DNA of 20,621 nucleotides from a virus (taxonomy: Duplodnaviria > Heunggongvirae > Uroviricota > Caudoviricetes). Position 1 is the first letter of the stretch. The number at the start of each line of letters is the position of its first letter. This document shows, piece by piece, positions 1 through 9,980 of this stretch. A program made the position numbers and the translations under genes. The notes under the pieces are model-generated. The model had not been told where the DNA came from and did not search any database. It saw nothing but the letters and a program-made list of their open reading frames with translations. The stretch is from the IMG/VR virus record IMGVR_UViG_3300047557_002576; one strand, 5' to 3'.

Positions 1-587
1 GTACAATTAATTTTATGAGTTGGAATTTCTGCAGCAAACTCTTTTGCTTGTGGTGTAATTGAAGTTTGTAATCTAATTTGTCCAACAGTCGTTGGAGTTC
101 CAAATTCTAAAGATCCTCCTGTTATAATTCCTACTCTTGAATTATAAGAAATTGGAGTAGTTGCCGTTGCCGGACTTAAACTAGAAATCCAAGCACTAAC
201 TCTTGAAGTAGAAATATCTGCGAATTTTATCGTAGCAGAAGATCCAGATCCATCAACATATCGGTAGCGAATAGATGCTCCACTTAATCTACCATTTATG
301 GTTAAGTCTCCGAATAAAGTTGAATCTGCTGAAGATCTTAGATCTGAAATGGGTTTGTAAAAATCAGTTTCAGATAAAATTCTATCGAGTGTCCTATAAA
401 TCGGATCTTTAAGTCTCGAAAAACTTGACCAATCTTCAGAAGTTGCTCCAGCATTTTTTGATCCACGAATAACATCTAAATCATTTGAAGGTAGATTTAA
501 AGTTTTTAGTGCAGTATTTTTATCCCTTACGTCTGTAAAATTACTCGGGACATTTAACCCAAATATTTTCGGATTCCTAAGAGCCAT
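1..587 (-). CDS. Partial virion structural protein (runs off the left edge; absent from the ORF track)
   Basis: ATG at 587-585, 24 nt after the upstream stop and just downstream of a late promoter. I read it open for 195 codons to the edge (MALRNPKIFGLNVPSNFTDV...AEIPTHKINC). Ser/Thr/Gly-rich like its neighbours. Confidence 0.85.
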   Translation of the reverse strand, partial: MALRNPKIFGLNVPSNFTDVRDKNTALKTLNLPSNDLDVIRGSKNAGATSEDWSSFSRLKDPIYRTLDRILSETDFYKPISDLRSSADSTLFGDLTINGRLSGASIRYRYVDGSGSSATIKFADISTSRVSAWISSLSPATATTPISYNSRVGIITGGSLEFGTPTTVGQIRLQTSITPQAKEFAAEIPTHKINC

Positions 588-605
588 GTCTTATCAATTT
601 TATTT

Positions 606-613
606 TATTTATT
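606..613 (-). promoter_or_regulatory. T4-type late promoter (AATAAATA)
   Basis: NATAAATA variant of T4 TATAAATA. Overlaps the TAA stop at 612-614 and lies about 20 nt upstream of the ATG at 587. Confidence 0.7.
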
Positions 614-3600
614 ATTGTTCTTTATAATTAATACTTGCTTGTATTATACCAGTTTCCCCAGAATCAATTTTTTTTGCGGTTATAAAGAATGCCTCCAGAT
701 TATTATTATCGGGTGTTATGACAGTTCTATCTGGACCAAATATTTTTCTCAAATCAATTATATTTGTGGAATTTGCTCCAACATATAATGTATCTTTTTC
801 CAAATATGGTCTCAATTCTTGTTGATTTTGATTATCAATTAAAGCAGAAGATAACCTATAATTATCTTTAAAGTTAGTAGGAGCAGATCCTAATTTATCT
901 GCTTTTCCATTTGCATCTGTAATTTCGGTATTTTCATACACATACCATCTTGGAGAAATTGTTCTTTGATTATCTCCTATAGTTTCTCTTACTGAAATGT
1001 TGTTGATTTGGGCATTATCTTGTAATTTTGCAACAAGATAAAGTGGGAACGGATTATAATTAAAAATTTTAGTTGAATCTACATCTCCATTCGTTGATTT
1101 TATATTTACAGGTCTAAGTGCAAGAATAAATGGTGAACTAAAATTACTACCACTCGGAATAAGATTCAATGTTTCACTAATTTCAATATATGAATATTGA
1201 GTTGTAACCCCGCTTACAATTTGACTGTAAGTACTTACAACTCCTACAAACTTTGAATTATATGTAGTAATTCCAGAAACACTTTGTATTGCAATTTGTC
1301 CATTATTATAGTCATATGTTGGAAATTGTCCCTGAATCTGTAAATAATACTTTCCTTCACTATCACCTGTTTTTGGATTAATATTATACTCACGTATACC
1401 ATTAATTCCAATTGGATTTGAAACTGATACTGTAAGTTTGCAACAATGTCCTCCCGCAGGATTTGCTAGTGTTGGTATTCTATAATCAATTCCCATAGGG
1501 ATTGATGGTTGCCTGGGAGTCCACGCTTCATTAATTTCAACACCAGATTCATTTATATCTTGTCTAGATTGTCTATGCATTCCATAAAGAATATTTTCGT
1601 TTGGCAAAACAGTATTGGTAGTATCATTAATTATAAACCCATTCAAAATATCTGGTTCACTTATATCTGGTTGATTATTTGTAACACCTATTAAAAAGTC
1701 TGCAAAATGTCCATATTCATCACCCGCACCAGGATTCACAAATTGTATTTCTATTTTTGATCCTGTAAATTTAAAGTCGGATGCTGCATATGAATTGAAA
1801 TTACTTAGTCTTACTGGATATGGATATGCCCCATTTGAAATAGTTGTTGTTATTCCAGTAAATCTATCAAGAACTTTTGATCCACCAAGATTTCTATTGA
1901 CGTTTCTGTTTGCCCCTCTTACAACTGCAGATTGTCCCGCTCCAGTAACAGGATCGGGATTTACAATATCGTAAATATATGCATTGTAGATTGATGGTGC
2001 TATAATTTTCGCCCCAATATCACTAGAACTAAAATCTGTTCCAATAGCAGCAATTGTGTTGGAATTTAAAAATTGTATTTCTAAAATTCTACCACTTTCC
2101 GTAGTTGCCAAACCTGGAGTATAGACATGTCCAAATCCAGGGCAAGCCGAACAAGAAACAATTTTAATTTCAGATAGAGAATCTGATGATAAATTCAATT
2201 CTGTTGGAAAAATTATTTTTTTATTTTGAATTCCAATCCCAGCATTATTAAAAATAAAATCTTTAGGTTTGATTCCTATTAAAGTTTTATTTTTTGTAGT
2301 ATTAATTCCAACTTGCCTAGAACTTGCAGAATAAATTTGTGTTGTTCCCTCATCTCCACCATCAATATAATAAGATGCACCATACTTGTAAACATAATAA
2401 GGAACTCTTACATCAGCAGTATTTGGAATATTAACTGAATATTTGAATCTAAAATAAGAATCTCTTAAACATGGTTGATCTAATGAATTTTCAATTACTA
2501 AAGTATGTAATACAACCCATCTTGCATCACCATTATCTGTTGGAATATAGGCATAAAATCTTGCACCAATAGCACCATACCAACCAAATTCAATTTTATA
2601 CATTGTAACTTTATCGATATTCAAAGAATATCCCGATGGACCATTTCCAGTTAATGGATCTCCATTAAATTTATCTCTAGATATTACAACTGTATAATAT
2701 TGATTAGGATCAAAAGGATCTCCACTTGTTTGTAATGTTTGATCATCACTAGTTAATTTATTTCTGGTAAGAACAGATGGTGATAATGGAATTGTACTTC
2801 TTCTTACAATAGAAAATATATTTTGAGAATCAACTCTAAAAACATATTGATCTGTTGGGTTTGAAATGCCCCATTCTAAAGCAACACCAGCAACTCTAAC
2901 AGGAGTTGCTCTTACACCAAATGTAAATCCACTAATTCTGCCCGGTTGATATCGGAATACTTTTCTTGATTGTAAATAAACATATCTTTGACTTTCATTA
3001 GAATATCCAGGTCTCGTTGTATCCCGTGTAAATGTAGACCCAATAATATTTTGTACATTACTTACTCCAAAAGTTGTTCCAGTTACAGGATCTGTAAGAT
3101 TATTAGTTAAAATATCTTTCCATGTTTCTGTCCATATATCTATTTGAGCAAATGCTGTAGTAATACCAGCAACATATGCAACGTCATCATCATCTAAAGT
3201 TGCAAAAGATTTTGATAAGAATTTTTGCTTCCAGGTAGAAGGATATCCAGATCCAGCTCCAGTATCATAATAATCGTAAAGTTTATTTCCAGCATCAATA
3301 AAATTTATATATTGGTCAAACAAAGTTTTATTGTATAAACCTATTTTTTGAAATTCTGGTCCAAATGGATATGTATATGGAGTTGGAAATGCTGTAATTT
3401 TTATACCAGATTCTTGAGTTTCTTCAGTTATTTCCCCCTGATATCTTGGACCATAAAATTCACTTTCTCTATTTTCCCAAGATGCAAATGTATTTGATGC
3501 ACGAAAAACATAATATTCAAAGTCATCATTGTCTAAACCATAAGAAGAAACGTTTGAAAATAAACTTAATTGAACTTCTTGTCTATCTATACCAAGTAAA

Positions 3601-4121
3601 GTAGTGCTTACTTCACTTTTTTCAGGAAATTGCTCCTCAACTTTCCATACTGGGTTCGATTTTACAGTTGTTTGTTTTTTTCTTTGTATTTTAACTATTT
3701 CTTGTGTAGAAACTAAATTTGTTGTAAAATTTGAGATGTAAACACTACCTATACCAATTCTTGATATTATGGTGGATTCTGGTATGTAAGATCCAACAAT
3801 AATATCTCCAATATTTAAATTTGAAGTGATGATCCCTACAAGATTTGTATTTCCTGATGAATATGTTGCAGTTGTTATTGCAACATTATCTTCAGATAAT
3901 TTTAAATATTTGCCAACAACTGTTGAAAATGTAACCGAAGTTGAACGTTCCTTGCTTGCATCTGGTAAGAAGATTGCGTCAACTTCTGTCGTTAATGGAA
4001 ATCCAAATTCATCAACTAAAGGTTTTCCGTCGTTAATATTATAAAGAGGTTGTTCATCTTGGGGAACAATAGAAACTTTTCTCTTATCATCCCCAATTTT
4101 TATGTCCTTTCCACCATTCAT
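612..4121 (-). CDS. Large virion structural protein, 1169 aa; paralogue of 4125..7322
   Basis: Long ORF in the late structural block. Contains FRYQPGRISGFTFGVR, KVTMYKIEFGWYGAIG and KYGASYYIDGGD, all shared with the upstream ORF. Confidence 0.85.
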   Translation of the reverse strand: MNGGKDIKIGDDKRKVSIVPQDEQPLYNINDGKPLVDEFGFPLTTEVDAIFLPDASKERSTSVTFSTVVGKYLKLSEDNVAITTATYSSGNTNLVGIITSNLNIGDIIVGSYIPESTIISRIGIGSVYISNFTTNLVSTQEIVKIQRKKQTTVKSNPVWKVEEQFPEKSEVSTTLLGIDRQEVQLSLFSNVSSYGLDNDDFEYYVFRASNTFASWENRESEFYGPRYQGEITEETQESGIKITAFPTPYTYPFGPEFQKIGLYNKTLFDQYINFIDAGNKLYDYYDTGAGSGYPSTWKQKFLSKSFATLDDDDVAYVAGITTAFAQIDIWTETWKDILTNNLTDPVTGTTFGVSNVQNIIGSTFTRDTTRPGYSNESQRYVYLQSRKVFRYQPGRISGFTFGVRATPVRVAGVALEWGISNPTDQYVFRVDSQNIFSIVRRSTIPLSPSVLTRNKLTSDDQTLQTSGDPFDPNQYYTVVISRDKFNGDPLTGNGPSGYSLNIDKVTMYKIEFGWYGAIGARFYAYIPTDNGDARWVVLHTLVIENSLDQPCLRDSYFRFKYSVNIPNTADVRVPYYVYKYGASYYIDGGDEGTTQIYSASSRQVGINTTKNKTLIGIKPKDFIFNNAGIGIQNKKIIFPTELNLSSDSLSEIKIVSCSACPGFGHVYTPGLATTESGRILEIQFLNSNTIAAIGTDFSSSDIGAKIIAPSIYNAYIYDIVNPDPVTGAGQSAVVRGANRNVNRNLGGSKVLDRFTGITTTISNGAYPYPVRLSNFNSYAASDFKFTGSKIEIQFVNPGAGDEYGHFADFLIGVTNNQPDISEPDILNGFIINDTTNTVLPNENILYGMHRQSRQDINESGVEINEAWTPRQPSIPMGIDYRIPTLANPAGGHCCKLTVSVSNPIGINGIREYNINPKTGDSEGKYYLQIQGQFPTYDYNNGQIAIQSVSGITTYNSKFVGVVSTYSQIVSGVTTQYSYIEISETLNLIPSGSNFSSPFILALRPVNIKSTNGDVDSTKIFNYNPFPLYLVAKLQDNAQINNISVRETIGDNQRTISPRWYVYENTEITDANGKADKLGSAPTNFKDNYRLSSALIDNQNQQELRPYLEKDTLYVGANSTNIIDLRKIFGPDRTVITPDNNNLEAFFITAKKIDSGETGIIQASINYKEQ

Positions 4122-4124
4122 AAA

Positions 4125-7100
4125 TCACTGTTCCTCCCAGGTAAGACTTGCAGAAATATCAGCAGCAGCAGATTCACTAGTATAATTTGATTGTGATGAT
4201 ACACAAAGATACAAACTTTCCACTTTGTTTGTGAGTGGGAATGATAGATATTCTTTATTGTAATCAAAGTATGGTGACAAATCATATTCTTCACCAGATG
4301 CTGGAATAAACAAACTAGCAACAATTGTTCCAGTGTTTGGAATTGGACTTCTCACTTGAGGATTAACCTTAATTGATGATAGTTGTGCTAGAGTGAATTC
4401 AGTTGTTAATGGTGAAACGATCTCTCCAATTGAATTTGTGTTTTCTTCCTTCAAGAATGGATTCCCAGTGCTAACTAAAATAATTTCATCTGAATATGAA
4501 TTTAAAGAATAGAAATAATATCCTTCAAGTCCTCTATTCTCCAAATAACCTAATACTGAAAATAATTTTTTAGATGGATCATTTAAGTAATATCCTCTAT
4601 AATATCCATAAATTCCAGTATTTGTTGAAAGATAACTAGTATTTGATACTGAAATTGTTGTAGGTTTACCTCTCTTACCAATGTTAGTATCCACTGATAG
4701 TGAGGGTGGTGTACCAGTTGTTGATGAAGTTGTTTGGAAGATTGGTGACTTGACCAAATCAACTTTAAGAACACCAGTTGATCCAGTTGATAATCTAATT
4801 GGATAAACCTGTGTCCTATTTCTAACTAATTTTCCGGTACTACTTTGGATGTAATCCCTACATTTAATTCCTATAATTGGAACAGGGCGATTTGGAACTA
4901 CTGTGATTGTTGCTAAGGATGAGGAACTGAGAGGAGAATTCAAATATAGTCTTTGATTTGTTCCATAGGTAACTTCAATGTTTTGATCTAGTGCATTTGT
5001 TGTGATAACTTTAGATCCAACATAAAAAGATGTAATGATTCCAGAGTTGACAGTAATATATGGATCAGTTGTACTTGTGGCATTTGTTAAGTCTACTTGT
5101 GTTGCTGCAACTCCTACACCACCTCCATTATTGACATAGAAAAGTCTTCTAGATCCGTAAACACTTTGAGATGTTGGTGTAGAATAACTGAATAATTTTA
5201 CAGTTCCACGATCTCCACCATCAATGTAGTAAGATGCACCATACTTTACAATATGTTCGGAGGAAGATCCATAATTAAATGTTGATGCAGGTCTTTCTGT
5301 GTTTTGATATCCATATCTATTTTGATTACCTCCTCCATATACAAGATATGTAATTGGAAGAGTTGCATTACCAAGAGAAGACACTTTAAGTTGGTTAGAT
5401 GCTCTTAGATGGTGTACACGGACCCATCTAGCTTCTCCACTTTCTACGGGTACATATGCAAGGAACAGAGCACCTACGGCACCATACCAAGAGAATTCAA
5501 CCTTATACATGGTAACTTTTGTAAAATCAAGATTCCAAATACTTGAATCTGTTAATTGATCTCCAGTTGTAGGATCAATAACTGGTTGCCCTGGAAGATT
5601 ACTACTTACAACATCACTATAAATCAAAGGTCCATCTTGAACATTATCTAATCTATCTCCACTAAATCTTGATCTTGGAACGCGATACTCATAAACATTC
5701 CAATAATCTTTCTTAACATTATGGTTAACCCATTTTCCATAATAATTATTAATTGCATCAATCTGTAATTTGATTATATCAGTATCCGTTTCCCTGGTAT
5801 CAATATATCCTTCAAAGGATCCGTCTTCCTCATACATGTATGGGAACATTCCTGTTGGTTTTACAGTTCCATATGCATTTGGATTTCCATTTAATTGAGT
5901 TGTAGGATTCAATGGCTGTATAAATGGAACTGGAGTAATTAAAACATGCGATGAAATTCCACTAACAGTTGCAATTCCTGTCAATGGATTTCCATTTAAC
6001 TCTGATAATCTGACTGTAGTAATTCCTGTAATTGTATTGACGCCAACAGAAGTTACTCTATAAACTCCAGTGTCGGTAAATCCAGTAATGATTCCTGAAT
6101 TAGTACCTTTTGAGTATGAAACGTACTGATTGGTTGACAAACCTATGACATGTCCACCCGAGTTGTAAAATGTTGGAACCGTTGAAATGCCAATATTGAC
6201 AGTAAATGATGTACTTGAATTTACTACGAGGACATTGTAACCTGGAGTTCTATTTGGATAACTAATTGGAGTTGTTGGATTCAAATAACAGGTCATTCCA
6301 ATACCTGCAAGAGTTACGAATTTACCTTCCTCAAATCCATGTGGAGTTGAGGTTGTAATTACCATCAGTCCAGTATCAATATCATACGTAGCGTTTGTGA
6401 CAGTTTTAGCAAATCCGGCAAGAGAAATTATATTTCCATTATATACTGATGTGATTCCTGCTCTTGATTCATTTTGCAATAAAGATGGGTCATAGACTGC
6501 CGCATGAGTCATGATTAATCCATCTCTTAAAATCACCAAATCGCCAAACTTTTTAGGTCTTCCACCTACTGCTGGATTTTGAAGAGCGGTTGCATTATTT
6601 TCTGATTCTGATCCTCTTGGTGCTAATGGATCTTGAGGATTTGTTCTCCCATAATCTTGACTTTGTTGAGTACTTAATCCTCCAAATGGAATTGGATTTT
6701 CATAAATGATAGATTGAGTTCTTCTAACTACACAAAAATTGTCTCCAGATCCATTATTTCTAGATTCCCAATAATATCCGTCATAATTGTCAAAAATTCC
6801 ATACTTGCGGACACATGGGTTTTGTATATTTGATCCGGTGTTTCCAATTGATGTAGTCTTTACACCAAACGTTGCAGCAGAAACACGACCTGGTTGATAT
6901 CTAAAAAATCTTTTTGATGTTAAAACTGCGGTTTTATCTGCAGGTGCTTCAATAAGAGCACCAGATTCTTCTGGAATATGAGTTAGTCCCCAACCCATTG
7001 ATTGTGCGATTCCCGCATAGACACCAGAATTTGCTACGGTTGAATATTGCTCTGGTGTGGCAGACCATTCTGTTGGGTTTACGTCATAAGTATTAACATC

Positions 7101-7322
7101 AGCAAAGATACCGAGAGCAACTTCACTCCTAGGTATACCTAGGAGTGATAGAGCAACCTCTGATTGAATTTTATTTTGCTCTGCAACAGGAATAGTCGAT
7201 TGGTCGTTTGCAATAACGACAGGTATAGATTTTTCAGATTTTTGTTGACCTGGAGGAACAGGAGCAGTTCTCCCTACTACAACAACTGCTGCATTATTAT
7301 TTACATTAGTGTTATCTGCCAT
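4125..7322 (-). CDS. Large virion structural protein, 1065 aa; paralogue of 612..4121
   Basis: Starts immediately after the upstream stop (TAAATG). Contains FRYQPGRVSAATFGVK, KVTMYKVEFSWYGAVG and KYGASYYIDGGD. Confidence 0.85.
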   Translation of the reverse strand: MADNTNVNNNAAVVVVGRTAPVPPGQQKSEKSIPVVIANDQSTIPVAEQNKIQSEVALSLLGIPRSEVALGIFADVNTYDVNPTEWSATPEQYSTVANSGVYAGIAQSMGWGLTHIPEESGALIEAPADKTAVLTSKRFFRYQPGRVSAATFGVKTTSIGNTGSNIQNPCVRKYGIFDNYDGYYWESRNNGSGDNFCVVRRTQSIIYENPIPFGGLSTQQSQDYGRTNPQDPLAPRGSESENNATALQNPAVGGRPKKFGDLVILRDGLIMTHAAVYDPSLLQNESRAGITSVYNGNIISLAGFAKTVTNATYDIDTGLMVITTSTPHGFEEGKFVTLAGIGMTCYLNPTTPISYPNRTPGYNVLVVNSSTSFTVNIGISTVPTFYNSGGHVIGLSTNQYVSYSKGTNSGIITGFTDTGVYRVTSVGVNTITGITTVRLSELNGNPLTGIATVSGISSHVLITPVPFIQPLNPTTQLNGNPNAYGTVKPTGMFPYMYEEDGSFEGYIDTRETDTDIIKLQIDAINNYYGKWVNHNVKKDYWNVYEYRVPRSRFSGDRLDNVQDGPLIYSDVVSSNLPGQPVIDPTTGDQLTDSSIWNLDFTKVTMYKVEFSWYGAVGALFLAYVPVESGEARWVRVHHLRASNQLKVSSLGNATLPITYLVYGGGNQNRYGYQNTERPASTFNYGSSSEHIVKYGASYYIDGGDRGTVKLFSYSTPTSQSVYGSRRLFYVNNGGGVGVAATQVDLTNATSTTDPYITVNSGIITSFYVGSKVITTNALDQNIEVTYGTNQRLYLNSPLSSSSLATITVVPNRPVPIIGIKCRDYIQSSTGKLVRNRTQVYPIRLSTGSTGVLKVDLVKSPIFQTTSSTTGTPPSLSVDTNIGKRGKPTTISVSNTSYLSTNTGIYGYYRGYYLNDPSKKLFSVLGYLENRGLEGYYFYSLNSYSDEIILVSTGNPFLKEENTNSIGEIVSPLTTEFTLAQLSSIKVNPQVRSPIPNTGTIVASLFIPASGEEYDLSPYFDYNKEYLSFPLTNKVESLYLCVSSQSNYTSESAAADISASLTWEEQ

Positions 7323-9953
7323 TTAGATGACTCCGACTCTTCCTTTTGCGATAGTAAAGATATTCCTTATAGATATATATCCACTTAAATTTCCATCAGA
7401 TACCGAAGTTGTTGTAAATCCACTTAATCTCAATCTTTTGTTTCCTAAACCACCATCAATTTTTGCATCTACTACTAAAGCATAAGCAGAGAGATCTGGA
7501 GAGACTGAGTGTCCAACAAGTTTTACAACGTCACCAGTTGAAAATGCTGAAAAATGTTCATCAGTAGTGAGAGTAACTGTGTAATTGGTTGCTCCTACAC
7601 CAATTGTATTCCATACTCCAGTATTTATCCCAACATTAGTTGTAAAACCAACTGGAATTGATAAGTATTCTGTTCCGATGATATCATAACCAAGGGAAGA
7701 ACTTAATCCAAGTGTTGATGTTTGTGTTGAATTAAGTGTTAATTGGACGTAACCATTTTGTCTTCCAAAAATTCCAGAGTCTGGAGTTGGAATATTGAAG
7801 TTAAGGAATTTTGTTCCAAGAGATTCAGGAGTCGTTGTTGATCCCTGACCAACGATTGTTCCTATTCCGGCAGTGATTACAACCTTTGTGCTACTAAGAT
7901 CTTTTGGTTCTCCATTTTCAAGATACTGAAGAACTGGACCAGTGAAATTAACACCTCTTTGTACTGTAATGTTAATGGAATTATAATCACTGTCATAGAT
8001 ATCTGGAGACGGAATAAATTCGTCAGATGGTCCAAGAATTAGATTATTATTTGTTATAATTTTCCCAGTAGCATAAACTCTTAATCCAGTTCCACAATTT
8101 CTAATAATATTTCCGCCAGTTGATACAATAGATGTTACGGATAAATCAACAGGTCCTGGGAAATTTTCAAACAAACAATCGTTAATTCTTAAAGTTTCAG
8201 AATTTTGAGCATCTAATGGTTGGAAAACTGAATAGCGATCTGTAAGAGATCCATCAACAAATGAGCAATTTTCAACTGAAATTCTTCTAGAATTTTCTAA
8301 AAATATTCCAGACCCAGGACAATTTCTAAATTCAATACTTTTAAACATAGATGAAGAAACATCATCAAAATACCCAAGATAATTATCTGAATTAGACTGA
8401 TATAAAATATTATTTCCAAAATTTCCGTCAATTGTTAAGTCTTGAATTGTAATGTTATTTGATGATGTGCTACCTATACCAATTAGGTGTCCATTTAGAG
8501 CTAATGAGTTTCCGCCACCATCAGTCAGATCAGTTGCAAAATATTGCTGTTTTATAATTGTATTTTTTCCATTTCCTCTAATAGTAAATCCTGATGGAAC
8601 TGTAACGTTATTAGTTAAATATGTTCCACTTGGTAAATCAATAGAATTTTTTCCAGCAGCGACAGAGGCTGTAATTGCTTGTTTAAAAGCATATGTATTA
8701 TCATGAACAACCTTTACTTGATTTGTTAATCCTATTCCAAGATTGGTTCTATATTGATTACCAAGGCGAATATAATTTTGGCCTATTGCAATAATTTCAT
8801 CAATTCCCCATCCTCTCCGATGCCCTGTTGTTGCTATATTTGGGAAGTGAATTTGGTCATCGATGTATTCGTTGACAGTTCCTTTTGTTGACCACTCAGT
8901 TTGATCAAAAGTTCCATAATCTATCCAAGTATTTTGCAATGAAGACCCCAATTCTTTTGGACCTAAAATACCAATTAATTTTGCATCATTAATATTTGCC
9001 GTAGCTCCAATTTGCCTATAAACAAGTAATCCATAATTTAAATTTGTTCGTTTAAGAGTTAATGCAACATGATTTTCAGTATTAAAATCCCCAACTGCTG
9101 GCATTGTAACTCCAGCACCAATTTGAGATGAAACTCCAACTTTTCCAGTCCTTAAATCATATTGAGACAACCAATATCGATATGTTGAAATACCAGCAGC
9201 ATTTCCAATTTTTGTCACAGAAGATGAAGTATCTGGAGGATCTATTAAAGTATTATCTGTAATTGATGTAATTCCAAAAACTTTTACTTTTTCCCCAACA
9301 TAAAATCTAACAGTAGAAATTCCACTGATTTGTAATTTATTGCTTACTGTGCTTCCTATGCCACTATACACAGTACCATCATTACTAACTCCAAGACCAC
9401 CGAGTTGATATGCATTTAATAGAATAATATCAACAAGTTCATATCCAGATCCGTCACTCTTAACTTTTAAAACTCTATCTGGAGCAAATGAAGTCTCACT
9501 TGCCTTTGGTAAATCATCAAATGAAAAATTTTGATAATTGTTTGCGTAAATATTATTCCAATAAAAACTAGAACTACCTAAATCTAAAGTTCCATTTGCA
9601 TTTGGAATAATATTACTTCCTATTCGTGAACCTAAAGTTATAACGTCAGTATTAACATCATTTCCTAGCGTGACATTTCCGTTTACTGTCGCAATGCCAG
9701 TAACTAAAAGATTACTTAATGTTGGAGTAGTTACAGATAACGTGGTTACTGTTAAAACTCCAACAGTTGCGTTTTGGGAAAATAAATTTCTGGAAGTAGT
9801 TAATCCAGATACTTTTAAATTTCCAATTACGTCTAAAATTTCAGATGGTTGGGATGTTCCAATACCAACCAAACCACTAGATTGAACTATAAAATTATCT
9901 TCATCAACCTGTACACCATTCCTAAAATTAAATGACTTCCTATAATTTGCCAT
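7323..9953 (-). CDS. Tailspike/tail-fibre-like protein with a right-handed beta-helix (pectate-lyase-like) domain, 876 aa
   Basis: N-terminal LVGIGTSQP fibre motif. Central DNTYAFKQAI..IDLPSGTYL..VTVPSGFTIRGNG..TII resembles the Pectate_lyase_3 start, followed by beta-helix rungs (NITIQDLTIDGN, GSGIFLENSRRISVENCSF). Confidence 0.75.
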   Translation of the reverse strand: MANYRKSFNFRNGVQVDEDNFIVQSSGLVGIGTSQPSEILDVIGNLKVSGLTTSRNLFSQNATVGVLTVTTLSVTTPTLSNLLVTGIATVNGNVTLGNDVNTDVITLGSRIGSNIIPNANGTLDLGSSSFYWNNIYANNYQNFSFDDLPKASETSFAPDRVLKVKSDGSGYELVDIILLNAYQLGGLGVSNDGTVYSGIGSTVSNKLQISGISTVRFYVGEKVKVFGITSITDNTLIDPPDTSSSVTKIGNAAGISTYRYWLSQYDLRTGKVGVSSQIGAGVTMPAVGDFNTENHVALTLKRTNLNYGLLVYRQIGATANINDAKLIGILGPKELGSSLQNTWIDYGTFDQTEWSTKGTVNEYIDDQIHFPNIATTGHRRGWGIDEIIAIGQNYIRLGNQYRTNLGIGLTNQVKVVHDNTYAFKQAITASVAAGKNSIDLPSGTYLTNNVTVPSGFTIRGNGKNTIIKQQYFATDLTDGGGNSLALNGHLIGIGSTSSNNITIQDLTIDGNFGNNILYQSNSDNYLGYFDDVSSSMFKSIEFRNCPGSGIFLENSRRISVENCSFVDGSLTDRYSVFQPLDAQNSETLRINDCLFENFPGPVDLSVTSIVSTGGNIIRNCGTGLRVYATGKIITNNNLILGPSDEFIPSPDIYDSDYNSINITVQRGVNFTGPVLQYLENGEPKDLSSTKVVITAGIGTIVGQGSTTTPESLGTKFLNFNIPTPDSGIFGRQNGYVQLTLNSTQTSTLGLSSSLGYDIIGTEYLSIPVGFTTNVGINTGVWNTIGVGATNYTVTLTTDEHFSAFSTGDVVKLVGHSVSPDLSAYALVVDAKIDGGLGNKRLRLSGFTTTSVSDGNLSGYISIRNIFTIAKGRVGVI

Positions 9954-9972
9954 TTTATAATTCGTTTATAGG

Positions 9973-9980
9973 TATTTATG
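9973..9980 (-). promoter_or_regulatory. T4-type late promoter (CATAAATA)
   Basis: NATAAATA overlapping the TAA at 9976-9978, 20 nt upstream of the ATG at 9953. Confidence 0.7.

Noticed and set aside
4118-7325. Programmed frameshift or read-through fusing adjacent structural ORFs
   Set aside because: Junctions are ordinary stop-start contacts (TAAATG, TGATTTATG) with no slippery heptamer, and each ORF has a plausible independent start.
7622-7628. Intragenic ATAAATA about 300 nt upstream of the 1065-aa gene
   Set aside because: Could be an internal late promoter, but a 7-mer of this composition is expected by chance in AT-rich coding DNA; it needs TSS data.
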